Shown: positions 13,236 through 27,151, counted from the whole stretch's first letter. The stretch is 63,906 bases of DNA, filler included, from Phoronis australis (GCA_002633005.1; 10 parts of 10 records of this genome joined end to end with filler, not necessarily neighbours in it), one strand, 5' to 3'. Numbers and translations: made by a program. The notes: generated by a model from the letters alone, not told the origin.

Positions 13236-13592
13236 ACACTAGACTCGAAAGTTGTGAACAGGACAACCGTTGGCACGAGGTCACGACTTTTCTGAATAGC
13301 GTCTGGAAAAACAACTGGAGCTTAGGCTACGGTAAAAATTCTTCAGTTTGGGACACTGATTTCTCTATAAAAGTAACTTTTCAGAAAAAATTAGATTGCT
13401 TTTAGCGTGAATTGCAAGGAGTAGCTATTACCAAACAACATTTGGTAAAATTATGAACATTTACAAGAACGTGTTAAGCATCTGAAAAACGGAAATATGA
13501 CAATTTTAGCACTTATTTTTGTTCTGAATTGAAGAATTTGTACCATAACCATGGAACAGAGTATATACCATATATTAACTATAACAACCTAC

Positions 13593-13682
13593 CCCGACAA
13601 TGAGAACTTTGACACAAATTTCACTGGAATGATCACGTCTTTCCTGTTGTCGCCCACAGTCAGTTGGTTTTCAGCATTTGAA
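13593..13682 (-). CDS. Integrin alpha subunit, exon C (calf region)
   Basis: TTCTTGTTTCAG acceptor and GG|GTAGG donor, 90 nt, phase 2 to 2. Translates (S)SNAENQLTVGDNRKDVIIPVKFVSKFSLSG, matching the integrin alpha SxNxE...DN....IPV.......G pattern. In frame with exon B. Confidence 0.85.
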
Positions 13683-13762
13683 CTGAAACAAGAATGTATG
13701 ACAACCATGAATGTCAGTATCCTTATACCTCAAACCAACCATTTTTGATATCACTTTTAAAT

Positions 13763-14786
13763 AACGAGAACAACGCAAAGGAAATGCTCACACGACAATC
13801 GCAAATGGTATGCTTCTAATGTATCACAAACTGGCCACTAGGTGGCGCAGAACATCCAATAGATACAAAAGACAAATTGCCACTGGGGGGGGGGGTCACC
13901 ACAGACCCGCCAGAAAGCCATCAGCAGCCATGTTCTTCTCAGCTGAAACACAGCTAACAATTTTCAAAAAAAATAATCCTAAAAGCTGTGTGGCATACAG
14001 AGAAGCAAACACAAAAACAGATTCATAAATAATTAAAATGGCCACTTTTTGAGGTAGCACAGAATACAACAAAACCATTCGCAAATGGGAATATGTAGTC
14101 AACCCCTTAACAGAACATCTATTTGTATAATTTTATGAAACTCAGTCAAGAATCTCTGAAGATTCAGAGGTAAACGTAAAAAATAAATTTGCCACTAGGG
14201 GGTACAGAGGAGTCAGATCGGTCCGAAAGTCATTCTTACATTCAGACGAATGCTAGATTTCATAAAGATCCTTCAAAAAGACACATCCACGGACACAAAA
14301 AACATGGAAACTGCCACTAGGGGATGTCACAGTAGTTGAGCTCATTCAAAAGTCATCATCTGATGCATTAACAGCACGAACACGTATGCTAAATTTCATG
14401 TGATCTTTCAAAAGACTACCAAATGGCACAGAGTGTGTTGAACCCATTCGGAAATGGGAAGACTAAGTAATCTCCAAAACAGAAACTAATTTGCCAAATT
14501 TCATAGAAACAGTATCCAAAAACAGGAACTTCCAGATAACGTCATCTCACTATAAAAAACTAAAATTGCCACTAGGGAGTGCACCGATAGTTGGATCTGT
14601 CCGAAAGTTCGATCAGGCCGTCCCATTCATGAAAGGAACACATGTGCAAAATTTCATGAACATACACGAAAAGGTTTTGGAGATAGAGCAGCGAATGCCG
14701 TACGGACGCCGGACAGACGCTGAATGGATGCCAGACGGATGGACAGGGCACAATGCATCCACATACTAATATGTGGGCACATAAAA
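13763..14786 (-). mobile_element. DINE-1-like Helentron-associated non-autonomous element, older copy
   Basis: Reverse-orientation homolog of 40474-41082 at both ends. Terminal hairpin ATGCATCCACAT/ATGTGGGCACAT at 14753-14782, a GGAC-rich tract, and diverged internal units with GCCACTAGGG at ~13833, 13879, 14191, 14313 and 14568. Confidence 0.75.
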
Positions 14787-14989
14787 AAGTACAGAAAACA
14801 GTTTCCTACACTTTGCAACAGGATCCAGATGCTGGGACAAAATCTCGGTTTCCGCTCTAGCACCACACACACAATCAAACACTAAAGAGTGATAGAGCAA
14901 ACATACTGTATGGCCTTCCACCCACATCCAAACACTCCAAGCTAATTAGATCAAGAACTCAAGATGCTCATTAATTAGGAGTTCAGTAC

Positions 14990-15147
14990 CTGTTAGCTTG
15001 CAGGAAGAAGGCGAGATTATCGGTGCTACCGTTGACACTCTCAGGTTTAAGGAGAATCTTAAATTGAATACTACTGTGCTCAGGAAAGGGGTTACCCATG
15101 TCGCAGCTCACATCCACCTCTAACTTTGTACAGGTGATCGGTGTTGC
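14990..15147 (-). CDS. Integrin alpha subunit, exon B
   Basis: TTGCAG acceptor and AG|GTACTG donor, 158 nt, phase 0 to 2. Translates ATPITCTKLEVDVSCDMGNPFPEHSSIQFKILLKPESVNGSTDNLAFFLQAN, including the integrin alpha CxxGNP motif. Confidence 0.88.
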
Positions 15148-16421
15148 CTGCAACATCAATACAAACTGAGCCAATGTTTTTCATATGGTAACTAGATACA
15201 CATGAAGGACTCGTAAATTTCATACGTAGAACCTTGGGTACAGCAGTTCCCAAATGATGAGGACCCTGGTGTTGGTGGAATCAAAGACCAATTAAATATG
15301 TGGACTGAACACCAGCTGACGTTGCAGCAGCAATTGAGAATGGTCATCAAACTCTTCAGTTCATGATTCTAACAGCACTCTAACCATATGCAAATTAACT
15401 TTCACAAAAACTTTTCTTTAACCTAAATTCAAAGACAACATTTAGTTTTCCCACTGGCTAAATTAAAATAAATTCTTTAGAAACTTGACCCATAGCGTGA
15501 CCATGTGTACTTTGTCAATAGATTTGTACACAGATCACAGAAGAAAGAATCCTTCACTACCAAGAACACTGATCTAGCTTCTTTTGTGTGGAGCAGGGCA
15601 ATTACAGGAATTAGCAGTCAATAAAGTACTAGCTGAAATAAATTACAATATCGTGAACTATAACAAGTGATTTTTCAATAAGCTGAAATTGAATTTGTTA
15701 TAGTTATGTTGAAATTATTTTTTCAAGGAAAAACCATAAATATCAGCGAGAAATCATGCCATCATTAATTTCTCTTTTGTTGACCAAGGTACATAACCGG
15801 GGTACATAATTGGTCTGTGACATGTGAGCTCCAACAAAGAATCGTGAAAATGCTTCACAATAGACTTGGTTGTTATTTGGAAACTGTTTTCGTCTTGAGT
15901 TGAAACTGTGAAGGGATATTTGGAATGGATATATTGTGGACGAAAACTCATGGGTGTTTTTCAAACTATATGGCATTTTAAATTGAAATCCTAGTAAAAA
16001 ATAAGTTACAGTTATTTTTACCTGGAGAAATGCAGTAAATTCAAGCCAAAAAAGATAAGGTCTCGGTTCTCTGATAAACCTTCACCAATGCCATTAGCAA
16101 CTCTTTGAACCATGGTAGAAAAGGGCTGGCCTGCAAGATGTGATGCTGGACCAAAAGAGCACCTGGCCACCAAACAATGGACCAGATTGATATCAGAATT
16201 TAGAACAGATTTAGAAACCAGTCACCTGGAATGGAAACCAAATAGGTTTTGTAATGTGGCACCTTTAGGGTATAATTAAGGAATACAGACATGGCCAGGC
16301 AACCCATAGAGTGGGCCACTCAACTCAATGAAGTTCCCATTAGTAGAAATGTGTCTTCCTTTTATGAACAATTTCTACCTGATCCACGTCTGTCTTGTAC
16401 TCTCTGAGGCATCATACTCAC

Positions 16422-16569
16422 CGATTTCACGTCAAAAATGGTGACATACTTGACACCAGGTGGCAGCGTGATCAAGAACAGTGACTCGTATGCTCCATCA
16501 CCAGCGTTGGTGATGTCGACTGAGATGATAAAGTCTTCATGCGAACCAAGAGGATAGTAAGCCATCAAA
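16422..16569 (-). CDS. Integrin alpha subunit, exon A
   Basis: TTGCTTATAG acceptor and TCG|GTGAGT donor, 148 nt, phase 2 to 0. Translates LMAYYPLGSHEDFIISVDITNAGDGAYESLFLITLPPGVKYVTIFDVKS, with the calf-1 motif NxG(E/D)xAYE. Confidence 0.88.
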
Positions 16570-17453
16570 CTATAAGCAAACAATACAATAAGTATAACAA
16601 CACTGGTGTCTAATAATACAACTGTATCTGCACGCTGTTGTATGAGACAGAAACTAGAAGTGGTTACCAACAAAAATTGGTTGACACAATCCTGTGCTCA
16701 AGTGTCGTGAAACAATTCCAAATAGGAATTCAACTAAGTTGCCTAAACTGTCAGTGTGTTTATGTCTTTGTTAACAACAAATGTTATGTTTTTATATCGA
16801 TTTATCTTTGTTGTCTCGGAGCTCCTCTTTGACATTTTCTAACGATACATTTGAAGACTGAACCCTTAATTCAACGAAAATTTGGGACTTAGTCCTTACA
16901 TTAAGGGGCGTTGCATGAAACCTGCCTATTGAGAATTCAATGTAGAGTTTACTTCTGGTTAGTATTAAAATTAAAAATTGACGGCATGAGGTGAAGAGTC
17001 GGGGAACATAATTGAGTGCCTATTAGGGACTGTTTCATGCAACCAGGCAAGATCTCCACAGGAAAATATAGGCACCGGCTTTGGCTGAAAACGAGGAACC
17101 GCAATGAAGAAACAATTGGTAACAAGAACTGTATACAGGGTGGGTGAAAATAATGACATTTCGCTGTACAACAATGACTTGGTTGGGCCACTTGCAAACA
17201 TGATTGCATCATGTCGTGAACACATCCACAAAAACAAGAAACTGTAGGAACACCGCATTTATCCACCTTCACTCTTATCAGGCTTCTATTGTGAGTCAGC
17301 ATGCGTGAATAATTGGCTGATAAGCCACCTCTGGAACTACTTTTGGCTGAATGGATGACCAGGCCATAAAGTGATAATATTAGCCAAGACCAGTTACTAA
17401 TGCAACAAAGAATAGTGTCGTAGTATCATCTAGCCTTGGTGGAAAGCTGTATA

Positions 17454-17960
17454 CTGTATTGGCTCTAATAAACGCTTAGAAAAAATCATTTCACGGGGAG
17501 GGGATTCTTATTGTAGCCTACGGCAGTTGAAAGCCGGTTTCCCAAACGGGTAAAATCGGAAGCTAGGATTCATAAAATTTACGCTTTGTGACGAATTTTA
17601 GCATATGACAGTCTTTCTACAAAATTGTGGTGCATTGCTATGAACTTCCGTTGTTAAATTACGATAATCTTTCAAAAAATTGTGCTCATCACAGGGCGAA
17701 AACTTGCCGACTGATGCGTCGCCGCTGAATCGCCATCGTCAATAGGAAAACTTGTACTCTTGAATAAAAATATAGTTTCGACTCAACAAATTACCTGAAA
17801 TCTTCCTGATGTTTTACAATTTTTAAAGTTCATGTGGAGTCCAGATTAATTGCGATTAAGTCCAAATGTGCGCTACATCGTACTCCACAACAAGAGAAAA
17901 ATCTCTGGATGAACACACATGTTGTTGTCACGTGACGTTTGTTTTGAAGGTCGTCTGTGT
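17454..17960 (+). mobile_element. Diverged partial copy of the Tc1/mariner-type MITE at 23883-24565
   Basis: Starts TA|CTGTATTGGCTCTAATAA. Shares AAGCTAG.ATTCAT, TTTCTACAAAATTG, GACTCAACAAATTACCTG and GAACACACATGTTGTTGT blocks with the 23.9 kb element. Right end not established. Confidence 0.8.
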
Positions 17961-19529
17961 ATGAGAGTGAGTGAGCGTGCGTGTGCGGGTCATCGACGAT
18001 AGACTTTTTTGTTACAAAAGGCGGAGGATTATGCAAGAAAATGGCGTTTACTAGATTGTTTTTCACTTAAACGGCTGTAACGTGCAAGGTGAGTGCTGGT
18101 TAACTCACAGATTTTGTGTGCACAGGCCGACTGTCGTTAGCTCTGCCGTGGAGTATTAATAGTCCAAGGCTCGATCTACATGTTGGGGACGAAATGAACT
18201 ACCCGGGCTGTGTGAAATTTCTGGGTCTAACGGAGACACTGACGCAGTGGTCAGTCAGATCGCTGTATCAAGACTATAGTCAAAATCCAAATTCGTTTTA
18301 TCGTGTCCCTGTCAATAATAACGGCATGTTAAAGCCTTCTTAATTTTCGTACTTCAGGAACATAACAATCACGTGTTTTGTACACATACGCGCACGCCGC
18401 AGATCACATCTCGGAAATTGCCGATTTGACGGATGACAATGAATGAACACAATGAAATTAACAACGTCGTTTTACAGCTTGTAAGATTCATAATAAAAGT
18501 ATTTTGAATATTGCAATGCATGTGTTCCAAAATCTAAATAACTTGGGTCCTATATTTTTGTATTAGTGCGCGCCGAATGAAAGTAATCGTGAGTGTTGCT
18601 GTGTTGCAAAATCTCTTATCCTGGGCCGATTTGAAAAATTCAAAGTTGTACTCATATTTGTTTTCGCTCCTCTTTTCAAATATTACAGTAAAAACTACGT
18701 AAAATTCTCTCCATAAAAAGTACAGTTGTTAGGCTAGACTGTAATCAGCTGATCATATCCGCATGAGCGAAGTCAATTATCCTCGCTCGTGACTCGATGA
18801 ATAGAGCAGCTTGGCGGCATCCCTTTGAGCATGAGCCGAGTGCGTCTCAGCCAAGGTGGATAAATACGGTCTAGTTCAATTTTCCATACCCCGCCGTGTA
18901 CCTTAAACACCGGGGTTAGAACCAATTTTATTTAGTGGGAATGTTCATAGCATGATAAAGTTGAACTTAACAAAGGTTATGTGGGACCTAATAAAAGGTT
19001 ATGTAGGACTTAATTGACAAGTCTCCATTTAGCCAAATATCTGTGCAACTGTGGATATCAGCTCTATTGATGTATATATCTTCTGAAAGTAGAATGCTTG
19101 TATATTTAGATTTTTACCTTATACCAATCTGCCATAAATTGGGTTATGTGACCATGTCTTAATGGTAAAATTTATCAAAAATCAAAGGTACATTCATAGC
19201 AAAATAATGGACAATAATGACAAAAATTTCATTGAAACTCGAGAAGAAATTACAAATTTAAAGCGCAGTTACAGTTTCCTAAAAGATCATTGTGCTTTCG
19301 TTTGACACAAATTTTGAGTTATTTTTCATAAAAATATTTAAAATACTATTTTTGATAACTCTCACACAAAAGTGAAACACTTTAAGAACTATTCCTAATT
19401 GCATATTCAGAGAATATGACATCAATTTGTCACTTAAACTGAATACCCATTTGGATTGACTCAGTTTATCCAGGGAGTACAGACAGATTATTTCCACGTC
19501 TTTTGTTTTGCTTATACAAGGTACCTGAA

Positions 19530-19639
19530 CTACACGGTCAACGGACTCATAAACACGGGGCATGGACGCATGAACACGACTCACGGACCTGCAAACACCA
19601 TCCACTGACTCACGAACACCGCAACGGACTCACAAAACA
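19530..19639. repeat. Minisatellite of ACTCACGAACAC / CAACGGACTCA-type units at segment end
   Basis: Short diverged repeats are visible running into the spacer. Confidence 0.65.
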
Positions 19640-22600
19640 NNNNNNNNNNNNNNNNNNNNNNNNNNNNNNNNNNNNNNNNNNNNTTAATTAATTAANNNNN
19701 NNNNNNNNNNNNNNNNNNNNNNNNNNNNNNNNNNNNNNNACCAGTTTGCTGTTTTGGTGACCCAATCGTTTACAAATTGCATGCTACCATAATTCTAAAA
19801 TGTCATTTTTCCCATCTTTCATACTACCACAGGTGCCAAGTATTTCCATGAATGCAGATGGGTCTGTGGTTTTCGTGCCAAGTTCTTTGCTCCTTGGTAT
19901 TGCCTTGTTGGCATTGCCTGTTCTACTCATTTCTGTTCAGATGCTGCTAGTAGTATCAAATGTCCTGTCAATTAATCATTTCTCAGGTCATTTTACTGTC
20001 TTGCTATAAAATGACCCCTAGCTTTAAGTCTCCATGTCTAGAAGGTTTGGTTGGGAGTTGTCAGCTGGTATTTAATAAGGATATATGACGTGATCATAGT
20101 CAGTCAACAATACCCTACACACCTGAGACCCCAAACTGTCTGTCGGAAGTCTTGATTCTAACAAACATGCCGGAAACTCTCGGCAGCTGATGCTCTCTGT
20201 TGTGCAAATGTACTCAACGTTTGCACTATCTTAAGTACGCTTTTACCTGCCTTGTTACCTGATAGAATTAAACAGTTGATGCAAAGCCTATAAAACTGTG
20301 AAGGTGTTGTTAGTGATTGCGACGTTACACCAAGTTTTTCAAAGTGGCAGCTATTTCTTCAAATAGGTCATTCAAACATGTCGCAAGTTCTAGCAAATAT
20401 GATGGGAACACACTGGCTAGATTTTGAGCTATCGAAGCACTGTGTGGTGTTAGATTGACTAAGTGGTGCATCTAATATTGCTCCCATGTAGAGATTGCTG
20501 AAAATCATTCGAATACCATATTTATTCAAGCATTAAGTACTTGGAATTTTGTGTTGGACTCATATTTTCTGGGATTCTCAATGCCACAGACTTTGCGAGG
20601 ATTAATTCGGGGATTTTTTTACAATTTGCTGGGTTTGTTCACATGTTTAAAATAGGTGGTGTCTACCATCTGATGTCAGACTGCTGTTAGGCTGTGTGTG
20701 CTATTCCACTGTCATTTGTATTATTGTTAAGTCCTTGGCTAGCCAATTATCTGTTCACAGACACTGGGTACCATATATCTGAGAACAACAACAATGGGTG
20801 GCCAGTTATGTGTTCACAGACATTGAGCATGTCTGAGAAGAACATTCTATGCCTGCCTAGGGAGTGGGGGGGGGGGGGGGNTATTGCATGGGAACGCAAG
20901 GAATTGGAGGGAATGATTCCTTTGTAAGATCCTTACAAAATTTCTGGAATTGTGAAGTACATGGTAATGTAGTTAATCTCAAAGACCTTGGAAAATTGAA
21001 AATATGTGAATTTTTGTCCGAATTTGGTGAGACTTTACCATTGCAGGTATTTCATTGTCACTAAGAATTTCAGTATGTGGGGGGTAAATTAAAATTATTT
21101 TTTGGCTCGTGCGACTGACCGTGAAATATGTGTGCAACTTGTAATATAGACCATTCGTAAATTTGGGTGTGCTCATTGAGTCAAACATTAGCATTAACCA
21201 GGAGGAGCATTGTACTTAATATTATTTTTTCCTTTAAATAATTTTTGTTTTCGCTTGCCCATACCTCTCTCCTCAGAGATGGATATTTAGGTTGAGTAAA
21301 TACACAGGTTTATTTTCATCAAAGACACATGCATTTTTGATGCAAATGTTTTTGTTTTTGCGGTTGATGACGTAATTCCTTTGTCAAATTGCAAGTGAAA
21401 TGTTGTGGTTGCTTGGTGGTTGGTCGTTGGAGGGAAAACTGGAAATTTTAGCATTTGGAAGCTCAAGTAAAGTAAACAAGTAGGCACTGGTGTCTCAACT
21501 TTCTGGCAGCATCCCTGTGAGCTCATTAGCCTATCCATAGCAAAACAGTTAGTTTTGATAAGATACCATAAACTGTAATGAAGACCCATGTCTCCACAGT
21601 AACATATCTCACTCCGTAATTTGACTTAGGGTCATTAAAACACAGCCACTGTCATGGGACATGGATGCTCCTAGAAATTGCAAAACCCATTTTGGACGTC
21701 CCCAATTTTGAAATCATGGATGAACCCCTGCTCCAGACAAATATGTTTTCACCCATTTTCCAAAGCGTTGATTCTGATTTAGGATACTGAAGTTGGAAGC
21801 AAATTAAGGATTGTTTACTTTCCGTCCTCTTTTTGTTAAAACATGCTGAACAAGAAAACAAATGTATTGTGTCACGTTGTTCGACAGCTCTCACATTTTA
21901 TAGATTTGCCGGATAGTGGTAAATAGTTTATATTGGAAATCGATGGACGCATGACTCTTGGCGGTTCTTTTGTAAGTTTGCCTGGGGTTAGCAATCCTGC
22001 GTGTTGCGCTATCTGCTGTAACTGAGCTGTCTGCTGCGATCTCAAGGTTGTTGCTTGGTGATTTATACTGGTATCAGTATGTTGTTACAGTGGCTTTGTA
22101 CAGTGTGTTACTTAACTGAAAAAGTTTCAATGTGTAGTGATGCAAAATGTTCATCAAATTTGATAATATCATCAAAATACTTGGAGTTTTGAGTGGATAT
22201 TACTGATGTGATAGTATTGGTTTTTTGCCAGAGTGTGACATTCCACTTGGGAATACCGGGGCGGGGGGGGGGGGNAATCACAGCTGGAAAAATAGATACC
22301 TGAGACTATACTCATGTGATGCCATCGACCAGAAATTTGTTTTCAACACGGTGGTCATTATCTCATTCATTCTATGTTAAAAGCTTTAACAAATTTTTAC
22401 AGAAATATGGTTTGTAAATAACAATAGAAGTGGTAATTTCAGTTTGAAGTGGGAGGTTGGAGTCTGCCTGCAGCAGACTTTATTGAGTGTAATATCAGAA
22501 CGTAGGTTCAATGCCTCAAAATTAGAATGCTGGTCAAAATTTACCAGCATGCGAGCAGTTGAGTGTGTGTTACTGTACCGGGGGGAGTTCTTGACAATAT

Positions 22601-23882
22601 TTTTACTGGGGATGTAGCTGGGAAGTTGAAATATCAACCCATTTGGATAGATTTGGGACCCATTTGTAGCATAAGCGGATATTGGGTTTGCCTGCAGGCA
22701 AATTGACTCCCAAAAATTAAAAACCTTACCCAGACATTTTCTTTCGAAAATTGTTGTTGGGTCAATGGGCCCCCCCAGTTGTGACATCTCAGATACATTG
22801 GTGTGTTAGACTCAGATTCCATGAAAAAGTCACCCTTTGTTTCGGGAACACCACCCTTTTCTTGGGTTTATTCTATAAACCCAAGTCTTTATTTAAGGAT
22901 TCTTGGGCAGTTTTTTAAGAATTATCATGATGTGTCAGTAAGTTGCTTGAGACTGTGTACACTTGATACCAGCGTTAAATATAAAGATTATTTTCTGCAG
23001 AGCTCTTCAGCAACACCATGGCAGAGACATCAGTTTGAACCATGCAAGGATATTCCTATTGTCATGTGCTGTTAAGTAACTGGTTAAAATTTGAAAGTGG
23101 AAAAGTTTTGCTGCACCATGTGCCAATGTATAGCTCTTCCGTATATCCAAGTTTTAAAGTACCATTCTCTTTCATTTGTCTGGTGATTTGGTTCACCTTC
23201 AGCGGTCTTGCCTTTTTTCATTGGGTGTTTCGTTGACAAAACCAGCANNNNNNNNNNNNNNNNNNNNNNNNNNNNNNNNNNNNNNNNNNNNTTAATTAAT
23301 TAANNNNNNNNNNNNNNNNNNNNNNNNNNNNNNNNNNNNNNNNNNNNCGAAGGTTTATGGTACAGTGTTACTGTAAACTCAAATAGTGAAGAATAATTAG
23401 TGCTTTCCCCTAGTTAACCAGCCCAGCTTTTCTTGTTTGAAGAATTTATTTATTTTTGATCACCTTTTTATGAATTTAAAATGGTAATTTTGTTCCTAAG
23501 TCAATAAACAATGCCATTATTGTCTTGTGTAAGTATGGATATCTTTTTGGAGTAGTCCTGGATTTTGAGAACTATTCAGTTAGAGATATGCAGGACCCCT
23601 GTAAGTAAATGCCGGTATTACGAATTTTAGACACCCTGTATTCTTCGCTTAAAACAGTTTTTGGGTGCCTTGCAATTTTCATCAATCTTTCCCTGGTCAG
23701 GAATATTATGATGCTCTATGAAAAGACTAATATACCTTGTAGCAGCTTTACACCAGCATGTCTTGATGCTGTGTGATGTGGCTGGTGGGTCAGTCATGCT
23801 GAACCCTTTATTCCACAAGATACTGCCTAATGGTGGATCTTGTGCAGCCATTAAGTAAAGTCTACACAAATATAACTAGATA

Positions 23883-24565
23883 CCGTATTCGCCCTAATAA
23901 GCGCCCAGGGCGCTTAGAAAAATTCGCTTCAGGAAGGGGCCCAAAAGTGGTTGAAACCCGCTCTCTGAAACAGGTGAAATCGTAAGCTAGAATTCATCCG
24001 GCAAATTTACGCTGTGTGACGTATCTGTAACTTATGACAGAGTTTCTACAAAATTGCAGTGCATTGCTATAAAACTTTGTTGTAAAATTACGAGCATTTT
24101 TTAGAAAATCCTTGTGCAAAAACTCGCACTGATGCGTCGCTGCCTCGCAATCGCCGATATGTCAACTTGAATTCTTGAGTAAAAATATAGTTTTGACTCA
24201 ACAAATTACCTGCAGTCCTCCTTAAGTTTTCAAAATAGCGTCCCTAAGATTTTTAAGTTCCTGTGGAGTCGGTATTAATTGCATATTAAGTATAAATCTG
24301 CGCTAGATCGTACTGCGCAACACGAGAAAATTTTCTGGACGAACACACATGTTGTTGTTTGTTTTGAAGTTCGTCTGCGCACAAAGATTTTTTCAGGACT
24401 GTCGGATCTTATTGATAAATTGAAGATGTTACTGTAGAATTTTAGAACTGTAGGTAAGGCATTTTTCGCATTTACATGGCATTCATGGACTGGACGCTTA
24501 TTTTAGTCTGAAAACGCATGGGGGTGCACTTATAGGGGCATGGATGCTTATTAAGGTGAATACGG
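23883..24565. mobile_element. Tc1/mariner-superfamily MITE, 683 bp
   Basis: TIRs CCGTATTCGCCCTAATAAGCGCCC and GGATGCTTATTAAGGTGAATACGG, flanked by TA on both sides (23881-82 and 24566-67). No coding capacity. Confidence 0.85.
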
Positions 24566-25166
24566 TAAATGTTTTTTAGTTGGGGACAGAACTGGTGGGT
24601 GAGAGAAATTTTATTTTGTCAAGTTTTTCAATAAAAATAAACTTTTCTGCCAATTTAAGCATGGTAAGTGTGGATAGTCATTGCTAAGTAACAGTTAAAT
24701 TACGATCATCTGAAAGATGGAATGTTGTTATTTTTAGCAATTATTGTTGTCCAAAAATTTTTACAACAAATTTCATTTTGTTGATTTGTCCCTGGATTCA
24801 AATTAATTCATATTAATGCTGTCTTTTAGAAACAGATAGATGTATGATGCTAACTTAATAATCTCATGCCGGTGGTGCTTATTATCGCCTAGGTTTCCTG
24901 TCTCATTAACATATTGGAAAATTACCATCTGTCAACCAGTCGCTACCAAGAATGGCATTACCAATTTTCTCTAATGCTTCCGTTCCTTCAAATTGGTTTG
25001 TCCTATTGCTCATCCACATTTGGTATGCAGGGCATGAACCTTCAGCTGCATAAATTGTAGAATGGATAACAAGTTATCCTGCATATCAATTTCAGACTGT
25101 TTCTGTTCTACTTGAAACTAGTGACTTTCTCTTCAGTTTCAGCTTTTTATATTTCAAGATGTTTAA

Positions 25167-26565
25167 GGTAATCTTCAATCTTATTTAGTGGCCTCTATTC
25201 TAACTCGTATATCAAAAAACTAAGCTTTGTCAACAAGTAAATGTATATATTTTCTGAAAGAAAAAAGATTAGGGAATATGAAAAAACTGTTTGTATTAAT
25301 GTACCATTACTATTTTTACGTAAAACCCTTTTTTCAGTCAAAATTTTATTTTTAAGAAAGGTGTACACATTCGTAGCAAAATAACCCCTCGGTCGATTTT
25401 AATGAAACTTTTTTAAATGAAAACTTCACCAGGTACCTCAAAAAAGCTGTTAGGAATTTTCAATTAGTCTTTTTGTTTGGTTTCTATGACACATCAACTC
25501 GCAAAATGTAAGGTATCTCTGTAAAAACGTAAGTCGCGTTCCTCTTTGTTACATTACGCAAAAAATAGGCCTTTATATGGAATATCCTAACAGCGTTTTT
25601 GAGACTAATGACTAAATATTAAATTTGTAAAGTTTCAGTGAAATCCACCTAGCCGTTTTCGAGAACTCGTGTTCCTAAGTTCAAAAAAAGTCTATTTTCC
25701 GAAGCCGAGAAAAAGCCAATTAAACTGGACAAGTGAAAATCTCAAAGTCTTTGGTTAATTATTCGGTGAAAACTTGTTTTCGGTACACATAACCTATACA
25801 AGCCTTATTTGTGTTCGCTATTTCAACATTCACTGGCAATGTCAACTGATTTTGCAGTGCATAATTAACTTAATTATCATTAAAACATACGGTTCCCAGC
25901 TAACTCTTACTGTTGTTTGCAACCTTTTGACCTACTTTATAATTAGGTCACAGTTCATTGTTATACACATAGCCTATACACATCACGTGCTGGGAGACTG
26001 ATACGAAACCAAGTAAGAAATGGATAATAAGAATTTAATCAGTGGTTAAAGCATGTTGTTAGCATGAGATCGAAACATTGAAATGTCAATTTATTAATTG
26101 AATGAAGGAATTAGGGTGAAGATTTTTATCTCTTTTCACAACTTGCTGTGTTCGTGACCACAGAGGCCTGAGGCAACGGTTCGTTCTCGACGCCAACAGT
26201 CGTATGCATGTAGACCCACAACTCCCTTAGGATCAAATTGTCTTGGGTTTCCCTGGCACCATTCTACCATTAGTACAGCTCGTTGACTCAATGTTTTGGC
26301 GATTTTGTGAATAAAAGGACTGAGGGTATACGAAGCTGTTCTGTACCTGGTGGGAGATTCGATTTGATTGAAAGGCCTTTAACCTTTGACCTCGGATAGG
26401 TAGTAAACAAATATCCTCGAGGTGGTTATGTTAAATCTTTTTTCTCGCTGTGCAGTATATATTTTGTATTTGAAGTGCCCCGATAATGAAGATAAGGTAT
26501 TTTTCTAGACGCATGTGAAATATTGTAAAAATGGCCATGTTTTGTGAATAAGGTTTGAGATAACC
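25167..26565. mobile_element. Non-autonomous TIR element with TTAA target-site duplication (Kolobok-like GG...CC ends), ~1.4 kb
   Basis: TTAA at 25163-66 and 26566-69. Left end GGTAATCTTCAATCTTATTTA matches the reverse complement of the right end, GGTTATCTCAAACCTTATTCA, at 16/21 positions. Confidence 0.65.
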
Positions 26566-27083
26566 TTAATTATTTGTATGCAGCAGATCTTGGAGAATAT
26601 GGGAGATATCGTGTGTGTGTGTGTGTGTGCATGCGTGCATGGGTGCTTGTATTTGTGTGTGCATCTATATGTTAGGTAGGGCGTTATTACTTCCCTTCAC
26701 AGCTTTTGTTGAATATTTGTTAGTTTTAAACTGCTTTTTTGTCCATCGTCAGTATACTAAATACCAGCTATTTGAGTTTCTAAACTGGAAGGTTGCCTCC
26801 CCTGTTTCATTCATTGGTTTGCCATCTTGTCTTTTTGTTCAAAAAAAACAAAAACCTCTTCAGTTAAGTTATGTAACTCTACAAATGAAAGAATGGTAAC
26901 AAGAGAGCCTAGTCGGTCTCGTGCCTCGATAGATCTGATGGCTGGGGCTGAGTCCGATTATATCTTCACAAGTACTGTGCTGTTAGTTGTTCATGAATCT
27001 CCTAACTCGTAGGATAACTGTTCATTGGGGCTGGGACCTACAGTACTGAATCGTTTGTTTGCATTTCCCGTGCATATTACACA

Positions 27084-27151
27084 CAGGGCATGCACGAATT
27101 TTTGAGGATGTGGACCTTTTACTAAAGAAAAAAACGAATATGGGGTTCGTT
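27084..27151 (-). mobile_element. Fragment related to the MITE family at 45298 and 60290
   Basis: Reverse complement reads ...TTTAGTAAAAGGTCCACATCCTCAAAAATTCG, matching TTTAGTAAAAGGTCCACATTCTCGAAAATTCG at ~45508-45539. Cut by the spacer. Confidence 0.6.
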
